Of a stretch of DNA of 64,000 nt, positions 54,450 through 63,938 are shown one piece after another. The notes under the pieces are model-generated. The model was not told where the DNA came from and did not search any database. It saw only the letters and a program-made list of their open reading frames with translations. The stretch is from Acidobacteriota bacterium (GTDB taxonomy: Bacteria; Acidobacteriota; Polarisedimenticolia; J045), in assembly GCA_017994815.1 (NCBI GenBank), contig JAGOJY010000004.1, forward strand, positions 76,466 through 140,465, given 5' to 3'. Position 1 is the stretch's first letter. The number at the start of each line of letters is the position of its first letter. A program made the translations under genes and the position numbers.

Positions 54450-57068
54450 TCAGGTGATGACGTCGAGGCGCGTGGAGGCGTGGAAGTGCTGCAGGCGCGC
54501 CGCCGCGTGCGCGGGGTGCGGGTCGCGCTGCGCGGCCTGCCCGCCACCCTGCTGCCCGTGCCCCCGGGAACCGTCGCGGTCGGCGGCGCCCGCCTGGTCG
54601 TGGCGCTGCCCGTCGCCCGCCGCGGCGAGCGGGACCTCGACCCGTGCCGGCTCGCCGGGGCGCGAGAGCAGCGCTTCCAGCCGGGCCGCGCCGTCCGCGA
54701 GCAGGCCCGCGACTTCGGGCGTTTCGGCCATCAAGCGCACGTGCAGTTCGCGCCCGCGCAGGGTGAGCCGCGCGAGGACGTGGCCCAGTTCCGGCGGATC
54801 GAGCGCAAGCGTGACCGTGCCCGTCGGCAGCGATGCGATGCGCGCGGCGAGTTGTTCGATCACGATCGTGGAGGGACCGGATGACGCTGGCGCGGCCGAA
54901 CGCACCGGCGAGGGCGGCACCGGCCCGCTGGCCGCGGCCGGTTTCGCGGCCGCGACGGCGTGCAGTTCCGCCGCGCGCGGCGGGCGCTGCGACGCCGCGC
55001 TCGCGGCATCCCGCGGTGCGCGGTCATCGGCAGGCCGCGGCGCTGTGGCCGCCCGGGAGGCCGGATCCGGAACCGGGTCCGTCTCGCGCGACGGCTGGCG
55101 CGGCGTGGGCTCCACCTCGCGGCCCGCGGACCGCGCCGCGATCTCCGGAAGCGGCGCCGCAGAGACCGGCACGTGCACCACCGTCGAGCGGAACGCGGCA
55201 ACTTCGTCGATGTGCGTGGGGACAGGTGGCGCACCTGTCGCCGCAGGCCGATACGAACCGTCCACCACGACGCGCTGCGCGGCGGGCGTGGGGACAGGTG
55301 GCGCACCTGTCTCGGCAGTCCGATTTGGATTCTCCGGGGCCACGTGGCCAAAGACCCGCGTCGGTGCCGGGCCGCCTGCGGCGGCCCCTACGAAGACCAC
55401 CGAATCCCCGGCGGCGACCAGCCTGGGGACCGGCGGATTCGAACCGCGCGCTTCGGCGCGCGTGGGGACAGGTGGCGTACCTGTCTCGGCAGTCCGATTT
55501 GGATTCTCCGGGGCCAGGTGGTCAAAGACCCGCGTCGGTGCCGGGCCGCCTGCGGCGGCCCCTACGAAGACCACCGAATCACCGGCGGCGACCAGCCTGG
55601 GGACCGGCGGATTCGAACCGCGCGCTTCGGCGCGCGTGGGGACAGGTGGCGCACCTGTCTCGGCAGTCCGACTTGGATTCTCCGGGGCCAGGTGGTCAAA
55701 GACCCGCGTCGGTGCCGGGCCGCCTGCGGCGGCCCCCACGAAGACCACCGAATCACCGGCGGCGACCAGCCTGGGGACCGGCGGATTCGAACCGCGCGCT
55801 TCGGCGCGCGTGGGGACAGGTGGCGCACCTGTCGTCGCAGTTCGAATCCAACGGTCCGCGAAGACGCGTTCGGCAGCCGGCGTCGGGACGGGTGGCGGAC
55901 CTGTTTCCGCAGTTCGATTCGAACCGTCGACCGTGACGCGTGACGCGGCCGGCGTGGGGACGGATGGCGCACCTGTTTCCGCAGGTGGATTCGAACCGTC
56001 GACGACGACGGAATCCGTCGGATTCGAATCGCCGGAAGCGACGGGAGTGGCGACAGGTGGCGCACCTGTCACCGCCGTTCGACCATTTTCCGGGGCCACG
56101 TGGTCAAAGATCGGTGTCGGTGCCGGGCCGCCTGCGGCGGCCCCTACGAAGCCCGCCGAATCGCCGGCGGCGACGGGCGGCGGGACCGGCGGATTCGAGC
56201 CGCCTGCGGCGACCGGCGTGGGGACCGGCTGGTTCGCACCGCGGGCAGTGGCGGGCGTCGGGACGGGTGGCGGACCTGTTTCCGCAGTTCGATTCGAACC
56301 GTCGACCGTGACGCGTGACGCGGCCGGCGTGGGGACGGGTGGCGGACCTGTTTCCGCAGTTCGATTCGAACTGTCGACGACGACGGAATCCGCCGGGTTC
56401 GAACCGCCGGAAGCGACGGACGTGGGGACGGGTGGCGCACCTGTCACCGTCGTTCGACCATTTTCCGGGGCCACGTGGTCGAAGATCGGTGTCGGTGCCG
56501 GGCCGCCTGCGGCGGCCCCTACGAAGCCCGCCGAATCGCCGGCGGCGACCGGCGTGGGGACCGGCTGGTTCGCACCGCGGGCAGTGGCGGGCGTGGGGAC
56601 AGGTGGCCGACCTGTCTGCGCAGGCCGATTCGAGCCGTCCACCACGACGCGTGACGCGGCCGGCGTGGGGACGGATGGCGCACCTGTTTCCGCAGTTCGA
56701 TTCGAACCTTCGACGACGACGGAATCCGTCGGGTTCGAACCGCCGGAAGCGACGGGCGTGGGGACGGGTGGCACAGCTGTCGCCGTGGTGCGATTCGCAA
56801 GATCCACGGCGACGGACTCAGCGACGACCGTGGTTCTCGGGTCCTTCGCCCCGTGGTCCAAGACCCGTGTCGGTGCCGGGCCGCCTGCAACGAACGGCGT
56901 GGGGACCGATGGGCGTTCCGCCTGTGCCCCGTCGCCCCGTTTCAGCGCCTGGGCCAGGAGCTGCATGAACGTGGCGCGGTGCGGGGCCGCCCGGGCAGCC
57001 GGCGGTCCGCCGGCGGCCGTCGCGCCCCCGAGCGCGACGCGCAGCAGCAGGGAGATCGGAACTCGCAT
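54450..57068 (-). CDS. fliK: Flagellar hook-length control protein FliK with greatly expanded Pro/Thr-rich tandem-repeat ruler region
   Basis: C-terminal Flg_hook domain LALDPPELGHVLARLTLRGRELHVRLMAETPEVAGLL. Start is uncertain; MRVPISLLL at 57068 was chosen, and the ORF extends to 57470. Confidence 0.65.
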   Translation of the reverse strand: MRVPISLLLRVALGGATAAGGPPAARAAPHRATFMQLLAQALKRGDGAQAERPSVPTPFVAGGPAPTRVLDHGAKDPRTTVVAESVAVDLANRTTATAVPPVPTPVASGGSNPTDSVVVEGSNRTAETGAPSVPTPAASRVVVDGSNRPAQTGRPPVPTPATARGANQPVPTPVAAGDSAGFVGAAAGGPAPTPIFDHVAPENGRTTVTGAPPVPTSVASGGSNPADSVVVDSSNRTAETGPPPVPTPAASRVTVDGSNRTAETGPPPVPTPATARGANQPVPTPVAAGGSNPPVPPPVAAGDSAGFVGAAAGGPAPTPIFDHVAPENGRTAVTGAPPVATPVASGDSNPTDSVVVDGSNPPAETGAPSVPTPAASRVTVDGSNRTAETGPPPVPTPAAERVFADRWIRTATTGAPPVPTRAEARGSNPPVPRLVAAGDSVVFVGAAAGGPAPTRVFDHLAPENPSRTAETGAPPVPTRAEARGSNPPVPRLVAAGDSVVFVGAAAGGPAPTRVFDHLAPENPNRTAETGTPPVPTRAEARGSNPPVPRLVAAGDSVVFVGAAAGGPAPTRVFGHVAPENPNRTAETGAPPVPTPAAQRVVVDGSYRPAATGAPPVPTHIDEVAAFRSTVVHVPVSAAPLPEIAARSAGREVEPTPRQPSRETDPVPDPASRAATAPRPADDRAPRDAASAASQRPPRAAELHAVAAAKPAAASGPVPPSPVRSAAPASSGPSTIVIEQLAARIASLPTGTVTLALDPPELGHVLARLTLRGRELHVRLMAETPEVAGLLADGAARLEALLSRPGEPARVEVPLAAAGDGQRHDQAGAADRDGSRGHGQQGGGQAAQRDPHPAHAAARLQHFHASTRLDVIT
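55230..56900. repeat. Tandem ~180-bp (60-aa) repeats inside fliK, about 8 copies, three nearly identical
   Basis: Near-perfect recurrence, e.g. gtggggacaggtggcgcacctgtctcggcagtccga...gaaccgcgcgcttcggcgcgc. The protein repeat is RTAETGAPPVPTRAEARGSNPPVPRLVAAGDSVVFVGAAAGGPAPTRVFDHLAPENPN. Confidence 0.75.
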
Positions 57069-57201
57069 CGCCCGGCGTGGAGGCAAGCCGCGTGCCGCCG
57101 GCCGGCGGTCGCCGTACGCCGCGCTCGTTCGGCGCCGAGCGGCGCCCGGCAAGATTTGCCGACCGGCCGCACGAGATTGCCGCGCGGCACCCCATGGCCG
57201 T

Positions 57202-57228
57202 TCAAGCTCGTCTGAATCGGGCCGAAAC
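57202..57228 (+). promoter_or_regulatory. Sigma-28-type promoter TCAAGCTC-N11-GCCGAAAC upstream of the CheX-REC-like gene
   Basis: Matches the class of elements seen upstream of flgM and cheY. Lies in the divergent region between fliK and the plus-strand gene. Confidence 0.4.
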
Positions 57229-57264
57229 GAACTTGAGCCATCTCCGGTGGCGAACGGGAGCGTC

Positions 57265-58404
57265 GTGGAGACCACGACCGCCAGCATCCTGGCGCGCCTG
57301 CTGCGCAGCGAAGCGGAAGCCGTCCTCGCCGCATTCGCGGAGAGCCTGGAAGCGCTCGTCGGCCGCAAGGTCGACGTCGAGCCGCTGCCGGCGGGCAACG
57401 CCGAGATCCCGATCCTGTTCGGCGACCGCGAACTGTACGTTTTCCCGATCGAGGCGCAGAGCGGCACCACGCAGCCGGCGTTGCTCGCCCTCGACCTGCC
57501 GGGCGCGGTCTACCTCGGTGCGTCGCTCAGCCTGATGGGGCCCGAACAGGTCAACGAGGTCCTCGGCAGCGGCGAGATCCCCGAGATCCTCCACGACTCG
57601 ATCGGCGAGGTCGCCAACATCCTCTGCGGCGGCGTCGCGAAGATCGTGCGGCTGCGCGCCCCGTCGGGGACCCCGGAGTTCCGCCGCGGGCCGCACTTCG
57701 AGCGGCGCGGGGTCGGTGCGTGGCCGGACCTGCTGAGCGCCTTCGATCCCGATCCCGCGGCGCCGTGGGACGTGCTCGGCGGTCGGCTGAGCCTCGCCGG
57801 GGCCGACTCGGGCACGTTCCTGTGGGCCGCCAGCGGCCGCAAGCGCAAGGCCGCCGCGGCGGAAAAGGCGGACCCCGCGGCGGCGACCGGATCGCACCCC
57901 GCGACCGAGCCGCGCATCACCGCCCCGCAGCCGATCCAGCAGCCGGCCGCGCCAGCGCCTGCGCCGCGCGAGGCAGCGGCGTCGCCGGAGCGCCGCGCGA
58001 AACCCGAGCCGGCACCGGCCGCCTCGCCGCAGCCGTGGCTCCCGTCGGCACTCCTGGTGCAGGTCACGGGGCACCCGGCGGACGCGGCGGTCGTCGGGTT
58101 GCGCAGCGTGCTCGACGCCGCCGGGGCCTCGGTCCTGCCGTCGTTCTCGCCGGTGACGGGGGCGCAGGGGCCGGGGGCGCTGTTCGTGGTGAGCCGGTCG
58201 CCGGTCGACCTGAAGTCGCGGCTGGAGTCGATCGCGCCGGGGCGGCGGCCGCCGCTCGTCGTCGCGTGCTCCGACCGCCCGACCCGCGAGCTGGTGCAGG
58301 CGGCGCGGGCCGCCGGGGCCGACGACTTCCTCGTGCTCCCGGCGGCGGTGGACCGCCTGGCAACGGTCCTGCGGCGCTTCATCAGCGCGGAAGCCCCGGC
58401 ATAG
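57265..58404 (+). CDS. CheX/CheC-like domain protein with C-terminal receiver (REC)-like domain
   Basis: C-terminal segment of the 1316-aa antisense track ORF. CheX-like GEVANILCGGVAKI. C-terminus resembles a REC tail (GADDFLVLP). GTG start with GGGAG SD; alternative GTG at 57247. Confidence 0.55.
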   Translation: METTTASILARLLRSEAEAVLAAFAESLEALVGRKVDVEPLPAGNAEIPILFGDRELYVFPIEAQSGTTQPALLALDLPGAVYLGASLSLMGPEQVNEVLGSGEIPEILHDSIGEVANILCGGVAKIVRLRAPSGTPEFRRGPHFERRGVGAWPDLLSAFDPDPAAPWDVLGGRLSLAGADSGTFLWAASGRKRKAAAAEKADPAAATGSHPATEPRITAPQPIQQPAAPAPAPREAAASPERRAKPEPAPAASPQPWLPSALLVQVTGHPADAAVVGLRSVLDAAGASVLPSFSPVTGAQGPGALFVVSRSPVDLKSRLESIAPGRRPPLVVACSDRPTRELVQAARAAGADDFLVLPAAVDRLATVLRRFISAEAPA

Positions 58405-58486
58405 ATCGGATAACCGCAGACGTCCGCGTGCCGACCCTCGAAATCACCTTCGATCGTCGGGGCCGGGATGCTAACCTTCCGCCGCG

Positions 58487-59947
58487 GTGGAAACGACCCG
58501 TTTCCCGCGAGGCGGCATGCGCGTGATGCCTTTCCCCGACCCGAGGAAGGGACTCGTGCGAGGGGTGATCCTCGCCTTGGTCCTGGCGGCCCTCGCCGCC
58601 GCGTACGGGTGTCGCGGCCCGCGCCAGCCGAATGTCGTTCTGATCTCGATCGACACGCTGCGCGCCGACAAGCTCGGGGCCTACGGGCACACCGCCCCGA
58701 CCAGCCCCGCGGTCGATCGCCGGCTCGCGGCGCAGGGCGTCACCTTCACCCGCGCGTTCAGCCAGTCGCCGAAGACGACGCCCTCGCACATGTCGATGCT
58801 CACGTCGCTGTACCCGTGCGTGCACGGGGTCGAGCTGTGGACTTCGTCCGAAACGCCGAGCGCCAAGCTCCGTCCGGCGATCGACACGCTCGCGGAGCTA
58901 CTGCAGGCGTCCGGCTACGCCACCGTCGCGTTCACCGGCGGCGGCCACGTGCACGCCTCGCGCGGTTTCGCCGATGGCTTCGACACCTACGAGCACGGGG
59001 ACGAGCTGAAGAGAACGCTGGAGTGGCTGCGCGCGCACGGCCGCGACGGGAAGTTCTTCCTGTTCTTCCACACGTACCTGGTCCACGATCCGTACGTGCA
59101 CCCGCTGCGCTACATCCGGCAGTTCGACCCCGATTACAACGGCCCGGTGCTCGAACGCGTCGAGCAGCTCAACCAGCGCGCGCGGGGACGCCACACCCGT
59201 CCGGTGAGCGAGAAGAAGATGAGCCGGGCGCAGGCGTTCTGGGAGGTCGTCGACCGCAACAACCCCGCCGACGTGCGCTTCGTCGAGCACCTCTACGAGG
59301 CCGGCATCCTCCGCATGGACGAAACACAGCTGACGCCGCTGCTCGACCTGCTCGACGAACTCCAGCTCGCGGAGAACACGCTCGTCGTCTTCACCTCCGA
59401 CCACGGCGAGGCGTTCCTCGAGCACGGCAACTTCCTGCACATGGACCTCTACGGCGAGACGCTCCACGTCCCGCTGATCGTCCGATACCCGGGCCACGTG
59501 CCGGCCGGCGCGCGCTTCGACGCCCCCGTCACCTCGCTCGACCTGATGCCGACGATCCTCGACATCGCCGGGCTGCCGGTCCCGGCGGCGGCGCAGGGAC
59601 GCAGCCTCGTGCCGCTGTGGAGCGGCGGGAAGATCGCGCCGCTGCCGACGATCAGCGAGTGGAACGGCCGCGCCAGCGGCGTGCCGTTCTCGGCGGTCCG
59701 CGACGGCGGGTTCTCGTACATCGTCGAGGGTTCCGACGAGCAGCTGTTCGACTTGGGCGCCGATCCGGGCGAGCGGAACTCGCTCGTGCAGCAGCAGGCC
59801 GGGCAGCTGGCCGCGCTGCGGGCGCAAAAGGCCGAGTGGGAGAAGGAGTGCCGGATCCGCGCGAGCCAGCTCGGGCCGCCGCCGAGCGGGGCCGGGCCCT
59901 CCGAGGAAACCCGGCGCCAGCTGCGGGCCCTGGGGTACGTTCAGTAA
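58487..59947 (+). CDS. Sulfatase (alkaline-phosphatase superfamily)
   Basis: VVLISIDTLRADKLGAYGH...SPKTTPSHMSMLTSLYP matches the sulfatase N-terminal signature. Confidence 0.85.
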   Translation: METTRFPRGGMRVMPFPDPRKGLVRGVILALVLAALAAAYGCRGPRQPNVVLISIDTLRADKLGAYGHTAPTSPAVDRRLAAQGVTFTRAFSQSPKTTPSHMSMLTSLYPCVHGVELWTSSETPSAKLRPAIDTLAELLQASGYATVAFTGGGHVHASRGFADGFDTYEHGDELKRTLEWLRAHGRDGKFFLFFHTYLVHDPYVHPLRYIRQFDPDYNGPVLERVEQLNQRARGRHTRPVSEKKMSRAQAFWEVVDRNNPADVRFVEHLYEAGILRMDETQLTPLLDLLDELQLAENTLVVFTSDHGEAFLEHGNFLHMDLYGETLHVPLIVRYPGHVPAGARFDAPVTSLDLMPTILDIAGLPVPAAAQGRSLVPLWSGGKIAPLPTISEWNGRASGVPFSAVRDGGFSYIVEGSDEQLFDLGADPGERNSLVQQQAGQLAALRAQKAEWEKECRIRASQLGPPPSGAGPSEETRRQLRALGYVQ

Positions 59948-59963
59948 GCGCGCGGGGACTCGA

Positions 59964-61034
59964 GTGGCACTGTCGCCGACCATCAACGATCCGCCGCGCG
60001 CCGCCGTGCTGCGCCTGAGCTGGCCGATCGGCGCGACGTTCGCGATCGCGCTGGCGATCGTCTTGGTGATCGTGACCGCGTGCGAGTTCGCGGCGCGGGG
60101 CAAGACCTTCGACGACCGGATGTTCCCCGAGAGCATCGGCAGCGGCCAGCCCCAACTGGACAAGAAGCTCGTCCTGTTGCGGCGGATGGTCGAGCGCGAG
60201 CACGGCCTGGACTGCCTGTTCCTCGGCAGCTCGCAGGTCTACCGCGCGATCGACCCGCAGGCGGTCCGCCAACGCATCCGGCAGCGAAGCGGCGAAGACC
60301 TGCGCTGCTTCAACTTCGGCCTCGGCGGGATGTCGGAGATCAGCGAGGCGCCGTTGGCCGAGATCCTGCTGCGCAAGTACCGGCCGCGGCTGGTCGTCGT
60401 CGGCCTGTCGTCGTACGGGATGGGCGACCGCGGCTTCAAGTTCGACGAGTTCCTCGGCGCGAGCCCGTGGTTCCAGTACCAGTCCGGGGATCCGACGCTC
60501 AGCGGCTGGCTGCTCGAGCACTCGTACGCGATGCGGCGCTACCAGGGCTACCGCTTCCGCACCGGCACCGACAAGGACCAGATCGCCACGCAGGTCGGGC
60601 TCGTCATCGGCATGGACCCGACCGGGCACGCACCGCTGAAGCGCGGCGAGTACCGCGGCGTGGGCCCCGAGACGCGCCGTGTCCTGCAGCAGTTCAGCGT
60701 CTCCCCGCAGCACATCGAAGGGCTGCAGGCGCTCTTGGCGCTGCGCTCGGCGGACGTCGAGTTCCTCGGCGTCGAGCTGCCGGTGCACGAGACCGTGATC
60801 GCGCTGTACCCGCAGGGCGCGGCCGACCACACCGCCGCGCGGGCGACGATCGAGCAGATCGCGGCGCAGCACGGGATCCCGTTCTGGCGCCTGCCCGACG
60901 ACCTGCGCTTCCCCGCCGACACGTGGGCCGACTTCGTGCACCTCAACCGCGCGGGGACCGCGATCTACAGCGACTGGCTGGGCGAGCGGCTCGGCGAGGC
61001 GCTGCGCCGCGGCGAGCTGACCGCCGGGCGCTAG
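59964..61034 (+). CDS. Hypothetical membrane-anchored protein
   Basis: N-terminal TM helix IGATFAIALAIVLVIVTA. No clear family. Confidence 0.5.
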   Translation: MALSPTINDPPRAAVLRLSWPIGATFAIALAIVLVIVTACEFAARGKTFDDRMFPESIGSGQPQLDKKLVLLRRMVEREHGLDCLFLGSSQVYRAIDPQAVRQRIRQRSGEDLRCFNFGLGGMSEISEAPLAEILLRKYRPRLVVVGLSSYGMGDRGFKFDEFLGASPWFQYQSGDPTLSGWLLEHSYAMRRYQGYRFRTGTDKDQIATQVGLVIGMDPTGHAPLKRGEYRGVGPETRRVLQQFSVSPQHIEGLQALLALRSADVEFLGVELPVHETVIALYPQGAADHTAARATIEQIAAQHGIPFWRLPDDLRFPADTWADFVHLNRAGTAIYSDWLGERLGEALRRGELTAGR

Positions 61035-61039
61035 GCCGC

Positions 61040-61519
61040 TCAGCGCCGGCGCATGTGGTTGTACATCAGCGCGGTTTCGACCGACTTGCCCTCGATGCGC
61101 CAGTTGAGCTGCGCGCCGGCCGATGCGCCGACGTTGACCATCTGCGCGCGCCCGGCGAGCACGGAGGGCAGCGACAGCTCGAGGTGGATGCCGGAGGCCT
61201 CGATGCGGCGCTTGACCGAGCCACCGAGGATGTTCGCCAGCTCGCCCAGGCTGTCCGCGACCGCGGGATCGCTGGCCGCGAGTTCCTCGTCGCCCAGGAG
61301 CATCCCGGCGAGCCGCCGGGCGGTCGCCTCGGCGCAGGAAAAGCGCAGCAGGCCGCGGAACTCGGGGCCAGCCAGGCCGATGATCCCGGTCATGCTCGGC
61401 GAGTCCGGCTCGCCGCCGGTGCCCGGGCCGTCGTAGGGCAGCGCGAACAGCGTTTCCATCACCTCGCGAAACGACTCGACCAGGGCCGCACCGAGATCGA
61501 CCTGCTCCACGACGTTCAT
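61040..61519 (-). CDS. cheX: Chemotaxis protein CheX
   Basis: Internal Met MNVVEQVD...GELANILGGSV matches CheX. Confidence 0.8.
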   Translation of the reverse strand: MNVVEQVDLGAALVESFREVMETLFALPYDGPGTGGEPDSPSMTGIIGLAGPEFRGLLRFSCAEATARRLAGMLLGDEELAASDPAVADSLGELANILGGSVKRRIEASGIHLELSLPSVLAGRAQMVNVGASAGAQLNWRIEGKSVETALMYNHMRRR

Positions 61520-61544
61520 CTCGTCTCCCGTTCCTGTGTGCCCG

Positions 61545-61928
61545 TCAGGTCCGGCAGGCGAGCAGCACCGGCGCGAGCGTCTCGGCCAGCTTCTCGGGGG
61601 TGAACGGCTTGGTGACGAAGCCGTTGGCACCGGCGTCGAGCGCGCGCTGGATGCGCTCCTTGCCGCCCTCGGTGGTCACCATCAGCATCGGCATGTGGTA
61701 ACCCTTGGCGCGGCTGGCGATGACGAAGTCGATCCCGTTCATGTTGGGCATGTTCCAGTCGCAGAGCACGAGGTCCGGTTTCGGCGAGCGCTCCAGCATC
61801 GCCAGCGCCTCGACGCCGTCCGAAGCCTCGAGCACCTCGCCGACGCCGAGCGCGGCCTGGCGCAGCGCGCGCGTGATCACCTTGCGCATCACGACCGAGT
61901 CGTCGACCAGCAGAACGTTCAAGGCCAT
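61545..61928 (-). CDS. cheY: CheY-like response regulator
   Basis: Internal Met MALNVLLVDDS with D/D/K receiver residues (LCDWNMPNMNG, TKPF). Confidence 0.85.
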   Translation of the reverse strand: MALNVLLVDDSVVMRKVITRALRQAALGVGEVLEASDGVEALAMLERSPKPDLVLCDWNMPNMNGIDFVIASRAKGYHMPMLMVTTEGGKERIQRALDAGANGFVTKPFTPEKLAETLAPVLLACRT

Positions 61929-61979
61929 CGGCGCGCTCCCTCTCCCGGCCGCGCGAGGCGCGCGGCCTTCCGGGAAGCT

Positions 61980-62006
61980 CATCGGGAATCACGCCCGGAA
62001 ACTTGA
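61980..62006 (-). promoter_or_regulatory. Sigma-28-type promoter TCAAGTTT-N11-TCCCGATG upstream of cheY-cheX (minus strand)
   Basis: Read on the minus strand. The -35 half is strong; the -10 half is imperfect. Confidence 0.35.
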
Positions 62007-62040
62007 ACGGCAGGCGCGGATGGTCGAAAGTGCGCCGGCG

Positions 62041-62457
62041 TCACTGCACGTCGCGCGGACCCGGGACGGCGAAACCGCCGCGCACGACGAGGACCTGGGA
62101 GCGCGGGGCGCCGGAGTCCAGGGCGGAGGCGAGGTGCGCGATCCGCAGCGCCGCGCGCTCGATGTCGCCGCGCAGCTCGGTCAAGCGGGCGAACTGCTCG
62201 CGGCAGGCTTCGCGCAGCTCGCCGAGCCGCCCCTGGAGTCGGCCGAGCTGTTCGCGGGCCGCGGACGCGTGCCGGCGGACCGCCGCCTCGCGCTCGAACG
62301 TCTCGACGATCGCGCCGACGTACGGGCCGGCCTCGCGCTCGAGCGAGATGCCCTTGGCCCGGAAGAGGTTCCGGACCTCGTCCACGAACGACTGTGGAGC
62401 GCCGGTGCGCCGCGCGAGCGCGGCGATCAGGGCGGCCACGGATCCGGCCAATTCCAC
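62041..62457 (-). CDS. Hypothetical helical protein (138 aa)
   Basis: ORF only. Confidence 0.35.
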   Translation of the reverse strand: MELAGSVAALIAALARRTGAPQSFVDEVRNLFRAKGISLEREAGPYVGAIVETFEREAAVRRHASAAREQLGRLQGRLGELREACREQFARLTELRGDIERAALRIAHLASALDSGAPRSQVLVVRGGFAVPGPRDVQ

Positions 62458-62555
62458 GGCAAGGCCTTTCGTCCCCGGCCTTGCGAGGTACGGCGAAACG
62501 GCCGCCGGTCAAGGCAAAATGCAGAGTCCATCAAAAGCGAACGTCGGCGGCACCC

Positions 62556-63938
62556 TCACGCGGGCAGGCGCAGCTTGGTCCCGATGTTGTCCCGGATCCA
62601 GTGCTCGTCCAGCCACTCGACCGGATCGACCGAAATGCCCTGCACGAACATCTCGAGGTGCAGGTGGTCGCCGCCGGCCAGTCCGGTCGCCCCGGTCGCA
62701 CCGATGGTCTGGCCCTTGGTCACGCGGGCGCCTTTCTCGACCGCCACGCTCGACAGGTGGCCCTGCAGGCTCAATAGCCCGTAGCCGTGGTCGATGATCA
62801 CGGCGTTGCCGTAGATCCCGAGGTAGCCGGCGAACAGCACGACGCCCGCGTTGGGCGCGGGCGCGGGCGCGCGCGAGAGCGAAGCCAGGTCGAGGCCGAG
62901 GTGCGTCTGCCGGTCCACGCTGCGGCCCTGGTAGCGGTAGTCGCGCGTGTCGGCGAACCCGGCGCGGCGCTGCGAGTTCGCCATCTGCAGGAAGGCGCCC
63001 GACCACAGCAGGGCCGGTTCGCTCTGCCCGGCCAGCTCGGAGATGAAGCGCAGGTTGCGGCGGCGCAACTCGCCGTTGATCTCCAGGTACTGCTCGAGCG
63101 TCGAGCCGCTCGCCTTCAGGTCGGGCGTGTTGCCGACGATCTCCGGCACGACCTTGTCCAGGAACGCGTCGGAGATCTCGATCGTGTCGGACGTCGGCGG
63201 GCGCGGCTTGAAGATGTTGATGAAACCCAGCTCGGAGCGGTTGCCGGCGTCGTCCTCGGCGAACAGCCGCACCTTGCCCGGGTCCGACAGGTCCCACGGG
63301 ATGCCGAACAGCACGAAGCGCTCGCCCGGGCCGCCGCCGGGGAGCGGGTACGACAGCATCTCGCGCTCGCCGGCGCGCACCCCCGAGCGCACCGCGGTGT
63401 CGCCCGCGCGGAACACGACCGCGCCCGCCCCGCCCTGGCGCACGTAGTGCTGGCTCGTGAGCAGCTCGAGCCGCGGCGGCCGGAAGCGGACCGGGAGCTT
63501 CTTCTCGACGACGACCGGCGCGGGGCCGCGGAACGTGCCCGCGATGCGCGTCGCCGTCGCGCGCAGGACCGCCTCGCCCTCGCGCAGCCAATCCGGTGCG
63601 CCGCGGCCGACCGTCGCCTTCAGCTCCGCCTCGGGGTGCACCGGCCGCGAACGGAACGGGTACAGCGAGCCGTGGGCGAACGTCTCGTGCGCGAGCACCG
63701 CCGACTTGTCGCCCTGGACGATCTCCAGCGTCACCTCCGCGAGGCCGCGCCGCGGCTCCTTGAACTGCGCGCGCACTTCCGTCGCGCCGCCGATCGCCGG
63801 GCGCGCGGCGTCGAGCGTCACCGCGGGCGGCGGCGCGGCGCGCAGCGCGCCGAGCACGAAGTAGACGAGGGCGAGCACGACGATGAGCAACAGCGGCCAG
63901 CGCAGCGGGATCCGACGTCGCGGCTTCTCGTAGGCCAA
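62556..63938 (-). CDS. M23/LytM-family metallopeptidase with N-terminal TM
   Basis: C-terminal HLGLDLA...GDHLHLEM matches M23 (HxxxD ... HxH). Confidence 0.85.
   Translation of the reverse strand: MAYEKPRRRIPLRWPLLLIVVLALVYFVLGALRAAPPPAVTLDAARPAIGGATEVRAQFKEPRRGLAEVTLEIVQGDKSAVLAHETFAHGSLYPFRSRPVHPEAELKATVGRGAPDWLREGEAVLRATATRIAGTFRGPAPVVVEKKLPVRFRPPRLELLTSQHYVRQGGAGAVVFRAGDTAVRSGVRAGEREMLSYPLPGGGPGERFVLFGIPWDLSDPGKVRLFAEDDAGNRSELGFINIFKPRPPTSDTIEISDAFLDKVVPEIVGNTPDLKASGSTLEQYLEINGELRRRNLRFISELAGQSEPALLWSGAFLQMANSQRRAGFADTRDYRYQGRSVDRQTHLGLDLASLSRAPAPAPNAGVVLFAGYLGIYGNAVIIDHGYGLLSLQGHLSSVAVEKGARVTKGQTIGATGATGLAGGDHLHLEMFVQGISVDPVEWLDEHWIRDNIGTKLRLPA

Noticed and set aside
54454-58404. 1316-aa plus-strand ORF antisense to fliK
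   Set aside because: Open frames antisense to GC-rich, repeat-rich fliK are expected by chance. Only the C-terminal 57265..58404 segment has protein-like domain content and its own promoter.
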